The notes under the pieces were generated by a model. It searched no databases. It saw only the letters and a list, made by a program, of their open reading frames with translations, and was not told the origin of the DNA. A stretch of DNA of 54,657 nucleotides from Nanobdellota archaeon. GTDB lineage: Archaea > Nanobdellota > Nanobdellia > PEZQ01. Below are positions 50,751 to 54,657 of this stretch, piece after piece. Position numbers and translations under genes: made by a program. The stretch lies in contig JAAOXS010000005.1 of NCBI GenBank assembly GCA_018220985.1, positions 1 through 54,657 on the forward strand, in the 5' to 3' direction. Position 1 is the first letter of the stretch. Every line of letters begins with the position of its first letter.

Positions 50751-51910
50751 TGCCTTTGTTCGGTAAATTCAAGTACGGTGGAAAAAATGTTATTAGTGGT
50801 AGTGATGCTGGAGCTATTGCTGCTAAGCTTTGCAGACCCAGCGTGATTTCAGCGTATCCGATTACTCCTCAAACAATTATTGTTGAGCGTCTTGCTGAAA
50901 TGGTGAATAATGGTGAGATGAAAGCTGAAATGGTTAAGGTTGAGAGTGAGCATAGCGCTGCGTCTGTGCAAATGGGTGCTCAAGCTACTGGTGTTAGAAC
51001 TATTGGCGCGTCTTGTTCGCAGGGTTTGGCTTTGATGAATGAGATTTTACACGTGATTTCGGGTTTAAGATTGCCTTGTGTTATGATGGTTGCTAATCGT
51101 GCGCTTAGTGCTCCAATAAGCATTTGGAATGACCATTCTGATACAATGGCTTCTCGTGATACGGGTTGGATTCAGTTACATTGTGAGAATAATCAGGAAA
51201 TTTTTGACACAGTTATTCAAGCGTACAAAATCGCTGAGGATAAGAATGTCATGTTGCCTATCATGCCTTGTTTTGATGGTTACATTTTATCCCATTTATA
51301 CGAGTCCGTTAATGTTGCAACTCAAAGTCAAGTTGATAATTTTTTACCTGCTTACAAAGCAGTTCATCATTATTTAGATCCTAAAAGGCCAATAACGATT
51401 GGTTCGGTCGCGCCTCCAAATTGTTATACTGAGTTCAAGTTCCAACAACAGAAAGCTATGGATAAGGCTCTTAAAGTTATCAAAAAAGTTAATTCGGAAT
51501 TCTCTAAAGAGTTCGGACGTTCTTATGGTAATGGTTTAGTTGAGGAGTATAAATTAAAAAATGCTGATACTGTTTTAATTGGTATGGGTAGTGTTTGTGG
51601 AACTATTAAAAGTGTTGTTGATAAGCATAAGGGTGTTGGTTTGTTAAGGATTAAAAGTTTCAGACCTTTCCCAACAGAGGATATTGTTCGCGCTTTATCA
51701 AATGCTAAGCGGGTTGCTGTTGTTGATAAAGCTTTCTCGTTTGGTAATGCAGGTCCTTTGTTTACAGAGGTTAAAGCAGTTTCCCCTGTTAAAAAAATTA
51801 ATGGTTTCATAATGGGTTTGGGTGGTCGTTCAATAACTGAGAAAGATATTGAGTTCGTCATTAAGAATGCAGGTGTTGAAAAAAATTTTTGGGTGAATGT
51901 TAATGAATAA
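50750..51910 (+). CDS. porA: Pyruvate/2-oxoacid:ferredoxin oxidoreductase alpha subunit
   Basis: AYPITPQT, VESEHSA, NRALSAP; ATG at 50750 follows GGAGG. Confidence 0.94.
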   Translation: MPLFGKFKYGGKNVISGSDAGAIAAKLCRPSVISAYPITPQTIIVERLAEMVNNGEMKAEMVKVESEHSAASVQMGAQATGVRTIGASCSQGLALMNEILHVISGLRLPCVMMVANRALSAPISIWNDHSDTMASRDTGWIQLHCENNQEIFDTVIQAYKIAEDKNVMLPIMPCFDGYILSHLYESVNVATQSQVDNFLPAYKAVHHYLDPKRPITIGSVAPPNCYTEFKFQQQKAMDKALKVIKKVNSEFSKEFGRSYGNGLVEEYKLKNADTVLIGMGSVCGTIKSVVDKHKGVGLLRIKSFRPFPTEDIVRALSNAKRVAVVDKAFSFGNAGPLFTEVKAVSPVKKINGFIMGLGGRSITEKDIEFVIKNAGVEKNFWVNVNE

Positions 51911-52802
51911 TTTACCTGAAAAAGAATATTTTGCGAGCGGGCATAACGCGTGCCGTGGTTGCGGTCCCGCTATTGCTATGCGCTGGATTGCGAAAGCAGC
52001 TGGCGATAATACTGTTATCGCTCATGCCACGGGTTGTATGGAAGTTATTTCAACGCTTTACCCTTACACTTCTTGGAAAACACCTTGGATTCATTCAGCT
52101 TTTGAGAATGCAGGGGCAGTTGGTAGTGGTGTTGAAGCAGCTCTTAAAACACTTTACTCAAAGAACAGGCCTAATGTGTTAATGATTGGTGGTGATGGTA
52201 GTACTTTTGACATTGGTTTTCAGGCTTTGAGCGGTGCTATTCAAAGAAAGCATAATTTTTGTTATGTGTGTTATGATAATGAAGCTTACCAGAACACAGG
52301 TTATCAGCGTTCAGGTGCTACTCCCAAGTATGCTCGTACAACTACAACGCCTTATGGTAAGGTTGTGCATGGCAATGATACGTGGCAGAAGCCTATGCCT
52401 TTAATTATTGCTGCTCATGGTGCGAAGTATATTGCTACTGCGAGTGTGAGTAATGTTGTTGATTTGTATAATAAGGTTAAGAAAGGTTTGGAAATTCCAG
52501 GTCCTGCGTACGTTCAAGTTCAGACACCTTGCGTTCCGGGTTGGGGTATTAATCAGGCTAGCACTATTCAAGTTGCTAAGTTAGGTGTTGAAACAGGTGC
52601 TTATCCATTGTACGAGATTGAAGGTGGGAAAGTTAAGATGACTCGTAAGCTTGAAAAATTGGTTCCTGTTAAGAAGTATTTGGAGTTGCAAGCTCGTTTT
52701 AGAAATTTATCAGAAGATGAGGTTAAAGAATTCCAGTCACGTGTACGCTATTGGTATAAGTATATTGAATCATTGGAAAGTAAAGGTAAAGTGTTCCCAT
52801 AA
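51897..52802 (+). CDS. porB: Pyruvate/2-oxoacid:ferredoxin oxidoreductase beta subunit
   Basis: GHNACRGCG, GGDG, YDNEAYQNTG.QRS (TPP-binding). Confidence 0.94.
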   Translation: MLMNNLPEKEYFASGHNACRGCGPAIAMRWIAKAAGDNTVIAHATGCMEVISTLYPYTSWKTPWIHSAFENAGAVGSGVEAALKTLYSKNRPNVLMIGGDGSTFDIGFQALSGAIQRKHNFCYVCYDNEAYQNTGYQRSGATPKYARTTTTPYGKVVHGNDTWQKPMPLIIAAHGAKYIATASVSNVVDLYNKVKKGLEIPGPAYVQVQTPCVPGWGINQASTIQVAKLGVETGAYPLYEIEGGKVKMTRKLEKLVPVKKYLELQARFRNLSEDEVKEFQSRVRYWYKYIESLESKGKVFP

Positions 52803-52838
52803 CCTTTAAAAACAGGTTTCTTTATTCTATTTTGTAAT

Positions 52839-52979
52839 GGGCGTGTAGCATAGTCCGGATAATGCGACTGCCTCCTAAGCAGTGAAGATAGATGGGCAAA
52901 CCGAATCATAATATGTGGTTACTGACCTATGCTGAGCTGAGAAAGCAGTAGACCGGGGGTTCAAATCCTCCCACGCCCG
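52839..52979 (+). tRNA. tRNA-Arg(CCU) with 66-nt intron (52878-52943)
   Basis: GGGCGTG/CACGCCC acceptor, D-loop AGTCCGGATA shared with the other tRNA-Arg, ACTGC-CTCCTA|A-GCAGT anticodon arm, relaxed BHB. Confidence 0.9.
52878..52943 (+). ncRNA. Intron-encoded box C/D guide RNA predicted to target 16S rRNA
   Basis: C box GTGAAGA 52882-88, 12-nt guide, D' CCGA 52901-04, degenerate C', 12-nt guide, D CTGA 52932-35; guides complementary to 14100-14107 and 13894-13904. Confidence 0.75.
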
Positions 52980-53752
52980 CTACATTAACATACCAAACAG
53001 CAGACGATTCCGAACCTCTTAAGAACAATTCTAAAAGCACGAAAGCAACCCTAAACAAGCAAATTTCAGAACTATCAAAACACGAACTTGAAAAATTACT
53101 AAAAAAAGTAAAAAACACACTTCAAAAAAAATATCCGAGCAAATACAAGTCAAGATATGATGTTCCTATTGAAGAAAGAGTATTCACTCCACAACAATTG
53201 AAAAAGTTCTTGAACGCGGTAAGGTTACCTGTTTACAAAATGTTATTTCTCACTATGTCAAGCACGGGTGTGCGAGTGGGTGAGTGTGTGGTGTTGAAAC
53301 CTGAAAACATTGATTTTAAGGAACGCTGTTTGTGGGTGTGGGTTGAGAAAAAGGAAAGACCTGTGAGAGTTCCAAAGTATTTTCCTAAATTTTATGGTAA
53401 GAAATTGAAGTCTTATCTTGACGTGTTCTCAAATCGTATGAGGTTGTGCGGTCACTTGTTCCCTGACCGTCATAATGTTTCACACGTTAGTTTAAAACAA
53501 GCAGGTCACATTTTTAGACAAACACTTGACCGCGTGGGGTTAAGCGAGTATTATGCGTTGAGTGGTAATCGTAAACTTCGTTATTTCACAACTAACAGTT
53601 TGCGTAAGACTTTCGCCAGTTATCAAAGCAGTTTAGAGCAAGCGCGTATGGTGTTACATCACGCGAATAGTAAGATTACTAAACGCCATTATTACGCCAC
53701 GCTAAAAGAACGCAAGAAAGAAATGATAGAAGCTGCTTTTGAAGAGTTTTGA
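52952..53752 (+). mobile_element. Tyrosine integrase C-terminal fragment whose frame begins inside the tRNA T-arm (split-integrase type)
   Basis: TGVRVGE, NSLRKTFAS, LHH, ITKRHY catalytic motifs; frame is open with no ATG from 52952 (TGGSNPPTPA...) to the track's TTG at 53198. Confidence 0.75.
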
Positions 53753-53855
53753 ACATTTATTTTTTGTTGAAAGCGCTATCTCACAATTCTAAAGGAATTT
53801 TACATATTGTTTACTATACTAAAGACAATATTAACAATTTAATTAAAAGTGGTTT

Positions 53856-54065
53856 CTAGTGTTTATGTTTACCCCATCTGATACGTTCCCATAATCTCTC
53901 ATGACCATAGTATGCAATGCCTTTCAAAATGTTTAATCCAAGCCCCGAACTAATTGAAAGCGCGAAATCTCCTGTTATTAAATAAAAACCAACCATAGTC
54001 ATGAATGTAGCTATTACTCTCCAACTCATGGTTTTTGCAAGTGAACGTCTTATCCTATCCCCCAT
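53856..54065 (-). CDS. DUF2061-family small membrane protein
   Basis: RSLAKTMSWRVIAT...YYGHERLWERIRWG. Confidence 0.85.
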   Translation of the reverse strand: MGDRIRRSLAKTMSWRVIATFMTMVGFYLITGDFALSISSGLGLNILKGIAYYGHERLWERIRWGKHKH

Positions 54066-54075
54066 TTAAATTCAC

Positions 54076-54288
54076 CTACAGTTTCTCAGAATTAACTTTA
54101 GTTAATAATAACTTATCATCCTCAAAAAGGATCCATCTAAGTTTCTCACCGTTCTCTAATTTGAAATTGTCAACAACACGCTTAGGTACAGTTGTACGTC
54201 TACGCGTTCCACGAATCGTTAACGTAGTTTCAGTTATGAATTTCACATCATTTATGTTAATTTCCATATTCTTGCCCATGCACAACAC
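54076..54288 (-). CDS. AbrB/SpoVT-like small DNA-binding protein
   Basis: RRTTVPK.VVD.FKLENGEKLRW pattern; likely start at MEININ. Confidence 0.65.
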   Translation of the reverse strand: MLCMGKNMEININDVKFITETTLTIRGTRRRTTVPKRVVDNFKLENGEKLRWILFEDDKLLLTKVNSEKL

Positions 54289-54388
54289 ACATTTATAAGT
54301 TTGGTTTCAAACCAATACATATTGGAGTCAAATTAGTTCGTAGTCATTTTAGAAAAACTTTAAAAAACAACTAAAACTCTAATCAATT

Positions 54389-54463
54389 GGGCCTTTAGCG
54401 TAGTCCGGATAACGCGTTCGGCTTCGGACCGAAAGATCGGGGGTTCAAATCCCTCAGGGCCCA
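54389..54463 (+). tRNA. tRNA-Arg(UCG)
   Basis: GGGCCTT/AGGGCCC acceptor, TTCGG-CTTCGGA-CCGAA anticodon arm. Confidence 0.95.
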
Positions 54464-54477
54464 TCACCATAATTCAT

Positions 54478-54657
54478 TTATTTTTTTTTGAGACCTTTTG
54501 ATGTGTAAACATGATTAGAAGGAATTCGCTTATTTCTACCAACAACTGTATTAGCACCAATTGTAGAGTTATTTCCAACTTTAACCCCACAACCAATAAG
54601 TGACCTAGCCCCAATTAAGCAATTTTTTCCAATAATAATAGAATCATAAACTGTTTC
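54478..54657 (-). CDS. Hexapeptide-repeat acyltransferase, 3' end (partial)
   Basis: ...IIIGKNCLIGARSLIGCGVKVGNNSTIGANTVVG... Confidence 0.8.
   Translation of the reverse strand, partial: ETVYDSIIIGKNCLIGARSLIGCGVKVGNNSTIGANTVVGRNKRIPSNHVYTSKGLKKK

Noticed and set aside
54439-54453. tRNA-Arg(UCG) T-arm as attR of the integrase element
   Set aside because: The shared ~15 bp is generic T-arm sequence within a complete, different tRNA

Overview
Low-GC archaeal chromosome segment, most consistent with a DPANN-type lineage: unlinked 16S and 23S rRNA genes, divergent rRNA sequence, tRNA-Ile(UAU), and many apparently leaderless genes. It holds a 16S gene (~12737-14228) and a 23S gene (~26508-29470) about 12 kb apart, six tRNAs (two with introns) and RNase P RNA. 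Protein-coding content: SAM synthetase with a divergent HTH-CBS regulator, a UbiA/glycosyltransferase/B12-radical-SAM envelope cluster, a tRNA-Ala-anchored islet of nucleotide-acting enzymes, a copper-resistance operon, a type IV pilus locus joined to four KaiC-like ATPases plus a GH3 amido-synthetase, a 7TM sensor-like protein and large surface proteins, acs with porCDAB, and a tRNA-overlapping tyrosine integrase remnant. Top observation: the 66-nt intron of tRNA-Arg(CCU) looks like a double-guide box C/D RNA whose guides pair with this window's own 16S rRNA. By the N+5 rule they land on C1402 (E. coli numbering) and on the helix-34 G methylated by SNORD25/snR56 in eukaryotes. Also notable are substitutions at near-universal decoding-centre nucleotides and the GH3-7TM-KaiC-pilus locus. 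All calls were made by eye, with no database searches.
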